From the human T2T-CHM13v2.0 reference genome, Homo sapiens: a stretch of 64,000 nucleotides of DNA. The translations under genes and the position numbers were made by a program. A model generated the notes under the pieces. The model searched no databases. It was not told where the DNA came from and worked only from the letters and a program-made list of their open reading frames with translations. How positions within the stretch are numbered: the first letter of the stretch is position 1; every line of letters starts with the position of its first letter. Below are positions 20,070 through 34,825 of the stretch, in pieces. The DNA is taken from the NCBI RefSeq assembly GCF_009914755.1, contig NC_060925.1, one strand, 5' to 3'.

Positions 20070-20899
20070 TCATTTAATATCATCAAAGAAAATATAATAA
20101 TTGGGATGGCTAATATCATCCTGGGACCGCCGATAACTATCATGATGAATACATTTTCTTCTACCTCTTGATTTTTGGTCACATATATGATACCTCTCTG
20201 GATCATTTTCTATTCTCTTCATTTTTTTTTCTCATTTTGCCTCCCCTACTAGCTCTTTTTCCTCTTTTTCAATTATTATTATTATTATTATTTGCTATTC
20301 AGTTTCTTGTAATTTATTGTTGGGCTTTAAAAATGTTTTCTTTCTACCAGGAAAATGAAGGCAGAGGAAAGGTATGATAGGACCAGTTGATTGTATTACC
20401 TTTTAAAGAACCTCTGGAGCTTTAGTTTTTATGAACCAGATTCCTTTTCAGCACACCATCCCACCGTCAAGTTTGATAACAAATGAGAAAACAAATATCT
20501 TCAGTAGTGGTTCTACTTGGCTCAGTCTTGCTCCAGTTTATATTTAGTTTGTCCTGGGTTTTAGTTTTTCAGAAACAAAAGCTTTTAGCCAAATAACGAA
20601 ATTTCTCGTTTGGGCTATAGGGGTGTGAAATAAGTCTTAGGAGCTATAATTTTATGTGAAATTGGCCCAGAATCTAGCATAAGGGGTAAGCTTTTAAAAA
20701 AAGCAATGGTCCTTACTAATCTATCAGCAGTGAACACGAAAGCCACACAAAGACTACATTCATTTATTGTGTCCTGGAGAATAATTACTTTACAAAATCG
20801 TGTGGCTCAAAATGGCATTGATGGTTCTTTGGAAGCAAATACGGACTCACTACAGTTGATAGCTAATCCATTTTCCTTCTGTGAGGCATGTTTAATAAG

Positions 20900-21027
20900 C
20901 TCTGAGAGAGACCAAACTCTGCAGGTGGAACTGGAGGGGGCTCAGGTGTTATGCAGTCGGCTAGAAGAAATTCTTGGAAGAAGCTTGGAGTGCTTAAACA
21001 GTCTGGAGACCCTGGCTGCCATTGGAG
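20900..21027 (+). pseudogene. PDE4DIP: PDE4DIP-like exon (SERDQTLQVELEGAQ...LAAIG); read-through gives the short-isoform (MMG8/SMYLE-type) end GGELESV*IHHKLAY* with a premature stop at 21048-21050
   Basis: Peptide match; internal donor GT at 21028; a long AT-rich 3'UTR-like region follows. Confidence 0.9.
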
Positions 21028-24000
21028 GTGGGGAACTGGAAAGTGTTTGAATTCATCACAAGCTTGCCTACTGAGCACTGGCGGGTCAGACTGCAGCCCA
21101 AGATGAAAAACCTTGTTTGCACTAACCAGAAAGATCCTTGTCTGACTTTGGCAGAATTAAACGGTGACTTACTAATGATAGAACTGGTACAAGTAGCTTC
21201 AACTACAAAGTGAAACTCACTTTAGCCTACATGGATCTCATTGTACATATATATCAATTCCTAAATTGAAAGGTGGAGGTTGCAAAGTGTATTTGCACAT
21301 TTTAAATCATTCTGTTTTAGTTTTTCCATTTTCGTTCATTCTTATCCCTAGCCCCTTCTCATTCCCTCATCCCTTCTGTGGGCCAATAAAGTTTATTCTT
21401 CCCCCACTTTCACAATCCATTTCATGTGTCCCATATCATATCATAAATGCATGTGTGTGTAGTATTTTTGCCATTCAGTCAACTTCTCTTTGAGTGAGAG
21501 CATTTTTTAAATCAAAGGAATACAAGTTTTAAGATGAGAGAGTGGGAAAGAGATTGAGTCTATAAGAATGACTTCGCAAAAGTGATATAATCCTTATCAG
21601 AAGGTAATCAAAACCAGGAGAGTAGTCTTGTAATAGTAGACTGCAAGTATTGGGAAGGCCAAGTTAAAGAACAGAGGCAAGAACTATGAAAGTGATCATA
21701 GTCAACTTTTATTTCCAATACTGTCTCAGAGTTGACTGTTGTACACAAGTGAAATTAGATTAGGTACAGGTTAAATTCTACTTAAAATTTGTTCTTTACT
21801 GATTCCTTTACGTTTCTTTAAGCCAAGGTCATGCTATTTAGTCAGAACATGACTTCTAGAATGGCCTTCCAGAGTCAGAATTCTCTGTTTACAAGATAAT
21901 TTCAAATGTAGTATCCCTCTTTACATTCAGTGTTTCACCAAATAACTCATTACAGCCAGAAGAGGGTATTGCTTCTTCCATTTGTGGCACTAGATAGGAT
22001 CCTATGTTTTTCACTATTTAGTATGCATACATTTCTCCATATAAAAATAAGTAATAGGCTTCAGGCTTTGAAGTGCTAGAATAGTTTAGAAAGAAATGTT
22101 ACAGATGTATGTTTATAGTTTTAATCATTGCCTCAATGCTTTCTTGTGGCAGCGTGACAGGTATAAGGAGAGGGGCACCAGAGATTGTATTTCTGATGTC
22201 TCGAATGTCAGAAGTGTGAAAAGTAACCAAGATTGCTTTGCAGCTTTGTGGGTTCAACATCATGAATTTGTTTTTATTTCCTCTGGTTTTAAGTTTCCTA
22301 GGTTAGAAGCTGAGGTTTCAGTTACTTTAAACATGGAATTTGGGACAGGGATTGAGGCTTTCTAGCACAATAAATGTGACTGAATACCCTTTCTAAACTA
22401 AGTGGGGCACAGTGATTTTTTTCCTTCCTTTTTTTTTTATGTGACACTTTATTTCTTTCACATGTTGACATGGCTTGTATTACGTTCTAAATTTCATCTG
22501 TTTCTGTAACTTTAGCTGTGTCTATAACAGATAGAGAATCAGTCAAACTAGAGTGGACAGGGAGAAAATGTTCTACTGGGGAAGCACTCTGGAATCTTCT
22601 GATTAAGTAATTTGCCAAAGATTGATAGCCATAAGCCTTACTCTTAATGGATCTGCCATTTCAGTTTCAATGGCTTTTGAGGAAAAAGGAGTCATTTAAG
22701 GAAGGAGATAGGAAGTGTAGGCCGATCCATCCACTTTTCTTAGTCTTCTAATTTTAAGAGACCCTTTCTTGCACAAAATTTTTTGTAACTTTCCAGAAGT
22801 AAAGAGGAAGGTAATGGAGCTATAGAAATGTCAACCCATCAAAGACTAGTTTGTTGTGTCATCACAACAAGGCATTTAGGGAACATCTTTCCTTAATTCT
22901 ACTAATAGACCAGAGAAGCCTTCTGAGTCTGCTATTAAGATTCAGCTCCGGGTGATTCTTGGTTTCTAATGGCTCATAGTGATTACAGTTTATGTTAATA
23001 ATCACTCCTACTTCTGTCAACCTCCAGCAAGAGTAGATTGATAGAAGGATAAATTAAAAGTCTGATCTTAATGTCATAAATGTGACTAAAATATGGTACT
23101 AACTTTTTCTAGTCTAGATAGCTGGAATGAGGCTTGCAAACAGTGTTATCTGGAGAGAGCTTGCTGGTCTAACAACTTTGTGTGTTGGACACATCATTTA
23201 ATAATATTTAGCATGATATAATATTCCATTTTCTCTTCAGGAGCACAGACTCTTTCTCATACTGGATTATTCTTCCTTTGACAGTCATTTTTCAACATGA
23301 CAGTAATTTTAGATAAAGCATCCTGTGCTTATAGAACCTTGTGCTTGAGTAAAAATAATCTTCAAATAAAAATAATGAAGTAAATTTTTACTTAGGCCAT
23401 GCTTAATTGGAAGCATAGAACTTAAATTCAGAAAAAAATCCATATGATAAATTTTGTTTTTCTCATGTTTCCTTTTTGAATAATAGCAAATAATGCAGAG
23501 TAATGGTTGTAAGAGTTCAGGGTAGATGAAATCTGTAGGTTTTAGAAGTATAGAGTTGCAAAGAACCTCCAAGAGGACTTATTTAATGAGTGAAATAAAT
23601 GTCCTTAGATAGATATTTTCCCAAACTCTTTTCTATTGAAAGTTTATAGTATGGAAAATTTGATGACTATTAGTACCTAGTATAAATCAACATTCATCTG
23701 ATGTTCTCTTTTTAGATAACCAAGTTATAACTTTTTTGACAAGACATTATTGGACTATGTTAGTAGGTCAGCCTTTTTCTTTGGTAGTGTGTACTCTTAT
23801 CTGCCACCGAATCTTCTCCACACCCTCTTCTCTTCATTCAGCTGTGGACAGCAGTAATATTTTCAGTACCTTTGCTTCTTAGAGGAAATACATTTTTCCT
23901 TATTTATATTTTTAAAAGATGTTTCTATTACATTATATATAGCAAGAGATCTATTAAGGATCCAGAAAATCTTAACCTGTAGAGGATATGAGTTCCTAAC

Positions 24001-25663
24001 CATAAGAATTAGTTTCCTTGAGGGTTCTTTAGTATATTCTCTTTACACGGTTTATGCATAAGTAAACTCTGTGGCCGATGTACATAAAAAACCTATCACT
24101 TTTATGCTCATTCATCCTCCTAATTCAGTGTCTGGGTCATGAGATGTTTGGCTCATAGCTTCAAAAACAGTTCAAGAAAACTGATTTCAGTTCTCTCTAT
24201 GTTGATCTTCCAGTTGGATCTGGAGTCTTCTGATTGTGGAAAGGAGTAGCAGATCACATTATACTGAAAATTGTCCTTTTCATTGAGAAATAAAGGTTGA
24301 CTGAGCTACCTAAAGTCACTTTCCTTTGGACTGTGAGCCTTAGAGAGAACAATAATACCTTTGCTTTTCTTGAGGTACTATTAGAAAACTCTAGTTCCCA
24401 TTGATAGGATAAACTTGTTTTCTCATTTCATGATCTTTTTATATAAAACAGTCACAAAATCTTGACATTTGGCATCCCTGAAAAGCTCAAGTGGCCTTTT
24501 CAAATAGGGTATCATGTAGTATTCTGCAGGTTTACAGTCAGTATCCTGCAAGGAAACGTGACAAACTTCCTGTGAGGTTAGGAAGAAATATTAGCAACAC
24601 ACACACTTAAAGTCCGTTTTCCATTTTACCTTGTAGAAATTGTACTAGAGATAGAACAAATGAAATTAGATTTCTTTTCCAGATATATCCTGTGAGATAC
24701 CAGCACAGAGTATTTTCTCTCAGTTCTCTCAGGGTTAAAGCTCAGTGAGCTTTTCTTTTCTCTTTGGTAGTGTGGAACCATTTGTACCGTAGAAAGAATA
24801 GCTGGAAATATGGAACTCCAATGTGGCAATACAGTAATAAACAGAAGGAATGAGTCAGTAGGATAATATATTGGAGTGATTTCTGTATATTTCAGTTATA
24901 ATGTTTTTTATATAGTGTATATTTCAGTTATTTCAGTTATAATGTGTTTTAGAATGTGGATTTAAGCCACCTTCTCACCCTTTGCACCAGTAGCTTTGTT
25001 AAAACATTTTATTATGATCGAATAACAAGCCTGTTGCTTTTAAGTAATCTAAGTGTTAACAGAAGGTAAGTCTTCAACTTCTCCATGTTCTCACCTGGGC
25101 CAAGATCAATTTTCTAAATAAAAAATAGCATCGTAATTTGCCTCCAACAAAGAATGGGAAACGGAAATAAACACAAAACTGTGGTCCTGACAATACTAAT
25201 TCTACCAGGTTTCAAATAAGAATAATGAAACTTATAAAGTGACATACTGATTATTTTTGTGTTACTCTCCCTTTTTGTTGTTTAAAATCAAATTCCAGAA
25301 GTAAAAATCTTTATCATATTGTTTTGCTCTTACTTAAACTGGAAGGGTAAAATAGAAAGTTCAGCAACATCAGAAAATGTTGTATTTAAAATAATATGGA
25401 GAATAGGGGTTTTAAGTACATAAACCAAATTGGCTTCCTTGCAGGTTTACTTTTAGTGTATAACATGAATATGTAGTGTTTCTTTTTACAATAATCAAAG
25501 TCATAGCTCCAAGATAGTGACCTCTCTCTCAATCTATAACCTTTGGAGGCATGTGCATATATCAGCACATTTTATAAATTATGAGTTTCTATCTTTGTCC
25601 ATGAAGTCTTGTTAGTTTTCACTTAAAATTTTGTAGGTTGTTGAGAAGAATTAAAGTGATTCA

Positions 25664-25783
<120 letters not shown>

Positions 25784-27372
25784 AAGTGGTTCATAACATC
25801 AGATGAAGAAGGAGGTGAGTGATGTATTAAATGATCAGAAACTTGGCATTACATTATTTCCAGGACCATTTCCCCACCAAAATAAGCTGTATATTTTTCA
25901 TTTCTTCATGGCACTGTGCTGTTAATTTGTGTTAACATTTGTGCTAAAATGGAGTGTAATTTTTACATATAAGTGTTAGAATTTTAGCTATCTTAGTTGA
26001 GACACAAAAAATTGTTACTGATCCAATAAACTTATCAAAGGCCAATAGAAACTATTTGGTTTTATTCTTAAAATATTTATTAAAAAAAGAAGTAGAGAAA
26101 GCTTGTATCTTTTTTTTCCTTATAGGAGAATCAGTTTATTGATTATTTACTAAATTCCAAGTCAAAGCAAGGCTTGTAGAATGAGTATTTATTTAACTAA
26201 AGGAAGGAAGAAGAAACCCCAATTTTTCTCCTCTTGAAGAAATGAAAAGTGTAACACTAAAGAAACAGTGTTACACTTTCCCCAGAAATGCGACATAGGC
26301 TAATTTACCTTAAAAACCCTTCCTTGCTTTCTTTGCTGTAGGAGAATAGCAGAAAGCACGACAGACGTTTGAGGAGCCAACTGCGGTGGGTAGTGCTGTC
26401 TCTAAACATTCCTAGAAAAGCCTGTTTCTTGTGTTCTTTGAAGAAAAAAAGAGACCATGAGCAGGAAGAATTTCTTGACATTACAGAATTATGGCATCAC
26501 AAAATAGGTGCAGTGGTCATATCTCCTGGTCTGCCCAGGAGTCCTAATTTACATGTGCCTTGGTTAGCCTAAGGATAGAAGACTGTAGTTATATTGAATA
26601 ATTACCCTTTTGGAGAAGTAGAAACTCTTTCCAGAATTTTAGTGGGATTTCATACCCCCAAAAGTATTTTAGATTATGATTTGGCCTTTTCAAGTCACTT
26701 AAAACAGCTACTTTCTGAAACATGTGAGCTGGAAAGCCCTAAGGCTACTTAAGAGATGTTGCAATTTAAAGACAAAGATACACCATAAAGGGGTTTGACT
26801 GCAGACAGCAGTTTTCTACCACTTCTGTTCCACGATCAGAATCTGTCTAGATAGAGAATTTTATTTCTTAGCAGAAACTATGGAGGACTATATGGAATCT
26901 TAATAGTTTTCTTATGATCCTGAAGGGAATGTGTGCAGGTGAAATTGTAGTTTGATAGGAGGCCTCTTTTCCTTGATTCTCTCATACAGCACCATAACAT
27001 TAAAGTCAGCAATAGTTGGTTCATGACATGAAAATGTGAGCGTTCTTGTAATGAATGCATGGCGGTGTACCTGGGAGTCAGAGTGAAATTGGGCTGAGAG
27101 TATTAGACACAAGGGCCCAGTACCGAAGGAAAGAACACTTGGCACTGCCAACTTATTCATGCTTAAAGTTTTAGTTCTTCAGATCACCTTTTAAAATGAA
27201 TAAAATATGATCTCTTGCTATATTCTAAGTAACTATATGGAAAAACATCACTCCTTTTCTGTTGATCCCATATTAATGGCTTAAAGGGAGATAATAATGA
27301 CTGCAGAGTAGAATTTGGGGGAAATGGTCTTGACTCCACCCAGTTTGGACTCATTACTAAAGAACATGTCAT

Positions 27373-27515
27373 GAGCCAGGTGTGGCGGCATGCACCTGTG
27401 GTCACAGTTACTTGGAGGCTGAGGCGGGAGGATCCCTTGAGCCTAGCTGTTCAAGACCCACCTGGGCAACATAATGAGACCTCATCTCTAAAGCAAAATA
27501 AAACAAAACAAAAAA
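27373..27515 (+). mobile_element. FLAM-type Alu monomer
   Basis: Monomeric Alu with A-rich tail. Confidence 0.8.
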
Positions 27516-30292
27516 AGAGGTCATGAAGTTTCCCCTAAGGCTTATTTATGCATTTTGGAGTTTTAAGACAGTTATCATTTAATGATGAGTAATCCTTTTT
27601 GTAAGGCACCTATTCCAAAGAGTTCAACCTACTTTACTGACAACTCCTTAGTTTTTCGATGTCCTGTGAGGCAGAGAGCAAAGAGTGTCATTTCAAGCCT
27701 CCTGCTGGGGGAAACAAGTATTCAGAAATGAAGAAGTGCAGGTAGAATTAATCAAGATCATTCAGATAATAATATCAAGTATAAAACTTCCTTCTGCTGA
27801 TGCTATTTAGGTTCTATGGCCTTCAACTTTCTCAGCTTTCAACTAATAAGCCCATGGACTACTTCAGTTTACCTACAATAACAATAATAATAATATTGTT
27901 TAAGGATGGTATTTATTGAGTACACACTGTGTACTAAGCACTTCAAAATCAGCAAACCCTTTAAACTTCACAACAGTATGGAGTGGATAATGCTCTTAAC
28001 CCTAGTTATTAAATGAAGAAACTTAGTTATGGAAAGGTTATGAGTTGCCTAAGGTGACATAACTAACGAAAAAAGCACAATTCAAATCTAGACAGTCTAT
28101 CTCCATAGTTCATGTTCTTAATTATTATTCCATACTCAAAAAGTTCTACAAAAGTATGAATTTTTGCCTCAGTGATAAGAATACCTTACATTTGCATAAT
28201 GCTTACATTTTCACCCAAGGATTTTATGGTCTTATGTTTTAGAGGCTTATTTTTGTGTACTTGGTAGAATTAGATAGCTGATAGAAAATAATCTTATAAA
28301 TCTAAATAACGGACATCTTGGTATCACCTCCATTTTGTATTGTTCAGAGCCCAGAAACTTCCAAGAACCACAAGTTAAGAACATTTATTGAAGCCTCAAA
28401 TAAAAGTTTTTGATAAAATTGGCAGTCTAACATGTAAAACTTAATATTGAAGAAGCAAGTTAAATGAACAGATTCTTAGCTTTCAGAGAATCTAAAGGTG
28501 GCAGACTATTTTATATTTTATCAAAAAATAAGCAGAAGAGTCATCAATATGAAAGCATAGTTACCTTTAAATTAGAAATTCAAAGTATTCCAAGTTAGTT
28601 CTGAAGACAGTGTTTCATTGTGCTGTAAAAGTTTAGAAAAAGGTACCACTCACAAAAGAGAAGTTCTCTCATTTATTTAAAAAATGAAAAATAGTAAAAG
28701 ATGTCTAATGTTAACTTATATACAGGACCTTGTATGAGATAACTTACCCTTTTATTTCCATATTTTCTATAAATTTTTAGCTTTACCCCTCAAACATGGG
28801 AGAAAAAGTTTCAGCATTTTAATTCAAATTGGTAAAAGGCTGAGCAACCCTTAAAGCTGCCGTAATGGAAGAAGACTGTGAGCTAGCTTAAAAAAGAGAG
28901 AATGAAGGGGAAGAAACAAAACCCCTGTGTGGCAGAGTGTCGAGATGAGATGAGCATTTATTTGTCTCCATCTAATTCCTTATGAAGCCAGAACCATAGC
29001 ATCCTGCTCTTAAGTGAAATAAGATGGAGCATTATCCAAGAATGCAGACATGGCACCAGAAAGGCTGCCAAAGATAAGTGGAGGGCAGAAAGTGTCAGAT
29101 GAAAACCTTCAAGACCAGTGATAGTCACCCTTTCCAATTCTCGCTTCTGGAACCTGGCAGGAATGGTCCTGGGATGTGGGCCCAGCCTGACTCCACAACC
29201 CAGCAACAATGGTAGGGGATGAGGATCCTGACCTCATAGAGCTGAACTTTCTTCAATTACAGGATCCTTCTCTAGCCCCATGTTCAAATGAGAAACAATG
29301 TGAACAGTCTGTTTTCTGTCACTGAGTGAGACAATTCATTTCCTTTGCTGGAAAAACGTAAAAGATTGTGATCCCTACTGTTTTACAGGGAAAAATTTTC
29401 CAAAGTAAGCATAACATGATATGAGTGTCCTAGGTAAATTAGTATCCTGGGTTCAGTAAGTTTTAAAGCAGCCAAAGATTAGGCAATGTGTCCATACACC
29501 TCTACTCAGCTAGCATCCTGAATGAGATGGTTTCTGGGGTTGGTTTGAATGAGGAAGTATTGGAAATTCCTCTTGTACACTGTCTGCCACAGAACTCTAA
29601 AGATGCTGAGTGGTAGAGGTGGTAGAGGCTACACTGAACAGGACCCTTCCTTGATCCAAAGTTAACACAAAGTTCATGGTGTAGATGAGGAAACCTAAGC
29701 TGTTATCACAGCATACTTACTACCTCTTAGCACTCTATGAGATCAGCCTGGGCCATTGCAAATATGTAGATGTGAACTGCCCCTGCTTACCTTATCTGCA
29801 TTGGGTAGTGAATGCTCATGATTCAAGCAAAGCCTTTCATGCCTGGATGTCTGAACTCAACATCAAGGTTCTTTGGTCTTGGAGGAAGAAGCAAAGATAA
29901 AGATCTGATTTGTCACCAGAAGAAAAAGTGAGTGGCTTCTGTCTAAGAGTCCACAGTCTTGACTTATTGGTGCAGCTCTTGTGAGGGCTAGTTGTGTAAC
30001 CTTGGACACACCACCTCATCTCTTAGAGGTCCAGGTTAATCAGTGGTCAGAAGTGGAGTTGTAACTGGTTGGTTGCCGAGGCTAGGATCAGAACAAGATT
30101 TCAAGATTCTTTAAGTTGGGGAGGTTCTATAAGACACGGTGAGTGTCACAGTAGATTTTCTTTGATAAATTAACCATAATAAATTTCTACACTTCCCGAA
30201 AAATACAGTAATGTAAAAACATAGCTCTTGGTCTTAAAATGTATGAACAGTCTTAATTTTAATCAATATAAGGAGGAAGAAACACCCTAGAT

Positions 30293-30510
30293 TTGTGCTG
30301 TCCAATAGGGTAGCCACTAGCCACATGTAGTCGTTTAAATATAAGTTAATTTAACTAAAATAAAATTTAAAATTGAATGCTTTGAAATGTGGGCCATACT
30401 ACCCACATTTCAAAGCTCAATAGCCATATATGACTGTGTCCACCGTACTGGGCAACACTGGCACAGAACATTGCTGTCATTGCAGAAAGTCCTCTTGGTC
30501 AGTGCTGCCT
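30293..30510. mobile_element. MER3-like hAT DNA transposon (MITE)
   Basis: GTGCTGTCCAATAG..TAGCCACTAGCCACATG..CAGAAAGT..TTGG.CAGTGCTG termini typical of MER3. Confidence 0.75.
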
Positions 30511-31284
30511 TAGACCTTTGCCCATACCACAAACTGCAGCTACTTGTACCTTAGAGCAAGGTGTAGATGTTTGGGCCCTAGAGTGGCTGTGTTGATCTCT
30601 GGAGAATGAAAGGATGGGTTAAATCTCATGTGGAGAAAGCAGTGCAAGGAACCCTTCAGGCAAAGGGTGCCTGCGTAGAATAAGAGTTTGAGAGAGGTGA
30701 GGAGGAAGGGAGGTTAGAGGAAGAAATTAGGGAACAACTGAATCATTGGGTGTCTTGAATCTTGACTAGACCTGAACCTTACTAGGACACAGGACCCCCA
30801 GAGGGAAGTTCCTCAGAGAGATTGTCACCCTATGCACAACTGATCCCAACAATAGATACCTCTGAGAGATTCAGGGCAGCTCTAATTTCTAGACACTCAG
30901 TGGTGGGGAAAGGGTTAGGCATGTTAGACTCATGTTATGGAAGAGAAAGTTTTTATGTAGCCAGGCAGTGGGGAACAATTCAGGCTTTCTTGACATTCGA
31001 GTGGGGTAACCAGTGCATCCGACAGTCGGCTCCTTAGAAATGGGTCTGTGCAGGCAAAGTCAGCTTATGTTGTGAGGCTCAGGCTTGAGTATGAATAAGA
31101 AAGTGTCTGTGATACAAAAAGTTCTATTTTTCTTGCCAGCCCTGCTGGCTAGGGAGAATTTCTTCCCCATGTATATGGAGAAAGGAAGAAATGAGAGGCA
31201 GCTGGCAAAAAGAGTATAATTTAACCTGCTCTCTGGAAGCCATCTGTGAAGGGAATCACTTTTCTTTACTGGACTTGTTTCCAG

Positions 31285-31370
31285 GTGCACCTGCAGGGGA
31301 TGACACCAAAGATGCAAGCACTGAGTTCACTGACATTATTGAGGAGGCCGCACACCATAGTCCCCAGCAA
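31285..31370 (+). pseudogene. PDE4DIP: PDE4DIP-like exon (APAGDDTKDASTEFTDIIEEAAHHSPQQ)
   Basis: CCAG/GTAAGT-flanked, 86 bp. Confidence 0.92.
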
Positions 31371-31653
31371 GTAAGTCAGTTTCAGGGTCTGGGGCTTCCA
31401 GGGTGGACTACACACAGCCCTTCTGAGGTCTGATGGTCTCCTGCAGCCCTTACAGACTTAGAGTGAGAAGATATCTTTTTATATAAACCACTTCTCAGTC
31501 ATCTTCCTGTTCTCCTTGAGCAAACCAGCTGCCTTTCCAACCCATATCTTCACTCCATTTTTCTCTCCAATCCACCCTTTGGTTTGTGTTGTACCTCTTT
31601 CTTCTGCCTCCTGCCCCCTCCTACCCAGCTTTGCCCCTATTTATTCTCTGTAG

Positions 31654-33283
31654 CTATAGCTTCAGAAGAATTTTTACTTGCAAGACAATCGAGACATTCC
31701 TCTTGGGCTTTTTGTAACTGAAATGCACCACAGAAGACAGGGAGTCATCGAAGGGCTGCTCGGGGAGGTGGCAGGGCGGAGGACCTGCTTGGGAAGAAAC
31801 TCCAAGAAGATTGGAATGCTTCCAAAGCAAGGATCTTTCTCAGTGAAATCTCATTATGCAAAGAGAACCTTATGCAACCTGACAAACCATTGAGGTCATG
31901 GTGACTCAGTGATCAGCAGATGGTACTTCAACAACAATCCCCTGTTAAACCTCAGAACTTGAGCTGAAACATTGCTTCCACCCACCATCAGTGAAGATGT
32001 AACTAGCATGTTACAAGAGTGAATAATCTGGACTTCAGAGATTAAGTCACCAATAGTGATCTCACAAGCACTCACCGGAACTCCTATAATGTCTCCACTT
32101 TGTCCATGCCATTTAGCAATCTCATCTCCTAGATGGACTGTGCCTATGATTCTTAAGGAGAAAGTGAATCATTGGTAGATAACCCGCACAAGCAGCTGGA
32201 CTTTCCAGTGATAGCTTTCTTGGGGCTATTAGGAAAATTAAACAAGAAATGAGGCTTTCTGGGTCTGCCTGTATGTCTTCTGCATAAGAAAAAGAAGAGA
32301 CATCGAATCAACCAATAAGAAGAGCCCAAGCAAGCATCCTCAAATCTTTTGGGATTTGGCACTTGGGGACATGAGTAGCTGTCTGGGATATGTCATGTTC
32401 TCAACAGTTTCTTTATAGTAGTAGGATCACCTTCTTATAATAGGATCACCTTCTTGTTGCTTTAGCTGTACCCAACCTTCCCTTCTCCCTTGAGTGCTTG
32501 CATGAACTCCATTTTTCTTTTCGCTTGAACAGCTTCTCCTGAGTCCTCCTTACTGATGGTTGTGACTTTATATACATCTCTCTCCCTCCAGAGAGATCCC
32601 TCTGTCCTCACTCTCTGATGTCATTAAGGATCTTGGGTGAGAGAGAGGGACCTGCAGGATGAACAAATGTCTACTCTAAGACAGCTAGATTGGGAGGTTG
32701 GCTGGTCACTGATGGTTATAATGACTGTGGGACAGGATTAACTTCAGAATAAATGAACAGGAGACACAGATATGAAGACAGTCAGATTCTGATTGATATG
32801 GTCTGAAGTACTCCAGGTACTGCAAGTCATTTGCTCTAATTCTCAACTGTAGGCAAACTGCTTTGTAAAGTTGCTTCTTCTTCAGCCTTCTTTCCTGTAG
32901 CCTAGCATGGAGAATCTGACCAGACCCCATTTTGAGGAGGTCAGCCCACCCTGGAATGTATTTTTTACATTAGGGCGTTAGTATTTCCATCACAATACTT
33001 GCCATATTACTTGGCATAGGAGAGATGCTTAGTGTAATTATGAGTTAACAAGCCTTTGGATCAGGGCTTGACTCATGATAGACAAAGTATATGCCTGCTG
33101 GATGGAAGAATCTCTTGGGTAAGCATCATTTTTCTTTCTATCACCTTTCCTTGAAAATACATCTTCAGCTCTGGGTAGGAGGAATCTTGGTGTATGAAAT
33201 CATTGCAAATTTACTTCATCTTTTCTGGAGTTTGAGGTTGTGACTCTCCTGCTACCAACTAAATAAAGCTTACTTTACCATAA
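31654..33283 (+). pseudogene. PDE4DIP: Probable alternative terminal exon of PDE4DIP (adds L-stop, then 3'UTR)
   Basis: Polypyrimidine tract and TAG acceptor, then CTA TAG in frame with the preceding exon; AATAAA at 33262-33267. Confidence 0.65.
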
Positions 33284-33727
33284 CTGTTTTGTGTCCAGAT
33301 TCTCAAAATTTGTTTGCTTGTTTCCAGGGAAGTGGTCCCTTAAGATAGATTTTGAGCTTCTCCTTGTTATGTCCTTCCTTGGAAGGTAAACTTTTGCTTG
33401 ACACAAAGCTCCCTTCCTACTCCAAGCATTCATACACTTTCACTAACAGACACATCCAACCTTGTCTTTCTTCCAAGGTGAGAATCACCTTTTGGCCAAT
33501 GCAACTTGCTTCCTCCTTATTTTTTGGACTCAGCCACCTCAGGAAGCCTCAAGTCTGGCATGATAGTAATTTTCCCTAGATTTTCTCCCACAAAATTCTA
33601 TTCTCAAGCAGATGTAAGATCTATAATAAATACCTATAAAATTGCTGTGAAAGAAACTAATCAACCATTGCATTTTTTTATGTGAACTTTTGTAATGGAG
33701 AAAAAGTTAATCAAGAATAAAGATTCA

Positions 33728-33855
33728 AGCCCAGGTAGTGTGCATCTATAGTTGCAGCTACTCAGGAGGCTGAGGCAAGAGAATCTCTTGAGCCCACGAG
33801 TTCAGGGCCAGCCTGGGCAACATAATGAGACCCCCACCTCTTGAAGAAAAAAAAT
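33728..33855 (+). mobile_element. FLAM-type Alu monomer
   Basis: Monomer with A tail; flanking AAGATTCAA repeats. Confidence 0.8.
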
Positions 33856-33924
33856 CAAGATTCAAATACAAAGAACAGACATTAGTAGTCAAAGTGTGAT
33901 AAACTTCAAAAAGGCTATTTAAAA

Positions 33925-34825
33925 AATTAGTTACTTTTGATTGACAAATCATAATTATATACATTTATGGGGTATGATATGATTATATGTATACACACAC
34001 ACATATATATACAAACAAACAATATGGAATGATTAAACCAAGCCAATTACATATTCATCAACTTGCCTACCTATCATTTTTGGTGGTGAGACACTGGAAA
34101 TTTACTCTTATTTTGAAATATACATTATTATTGGCTATAGTCACCCTGCTATGCAATATACCTTAAGACCTATTCTTTTTGTCGATACCTTCGATCAACA
34201 ATTCCCCCTACTCTCCCTCCCCACTCCACCAGCCTCTAGTAACCACCATTCTACTCTCTGCTTCTATGAGTTCAACTTTATTAGATTCCACATATAGGTG
34301 AGATTATGTGGTAGGTGTCTCTCTGTGCCTGGCTTTTTTCACTAAGCATAATGACCTTCAGATTCATTCATGTTGTCACAAATGACAGGACCTATCCCCC
34401 AACATTTTAAGGTTAAATAGTATTCCATTGTGTATTATCTGCAACATTTTATTTGCCCATTCATCTACTGATGGACCTAGGTTTGTCCTACATCTTGACT
34501 ATTATGAATAATGCTGTAATGAACATGAGAGTGCAGATATACGTTTAACATATTCATTTCAGTTCCCTTGGATATATACCCAGAAATGGGATTACTGGAT
34601 CATAGGGTAGATTCTATTTTCAGTTTTTTGAGGAAACTCCATACTGTTTTCCACACCAGCTGTACTAATTTACATACCTATTCACAATGTGTTTTCCGTT
34701 TTCTCTGCATTATCTCTAACACATCATTCACCTTTTTGATAAATGCCACTCTAACAGGTGTGAGATGATATTCATTATGGTCTTAATTTGCATTTCCCTA
34801 ATGATTAGTGATGCTGAGCATTTGA
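33925..34825 (-). mobile_element. L1MA-type 3' end fragment
   Basis: L1 3'UTR and ORF2 C-terminal motifs (GGATATATACCCAG.., CTAACAGGTGTGAGATGATA). Confidence 0.85.
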
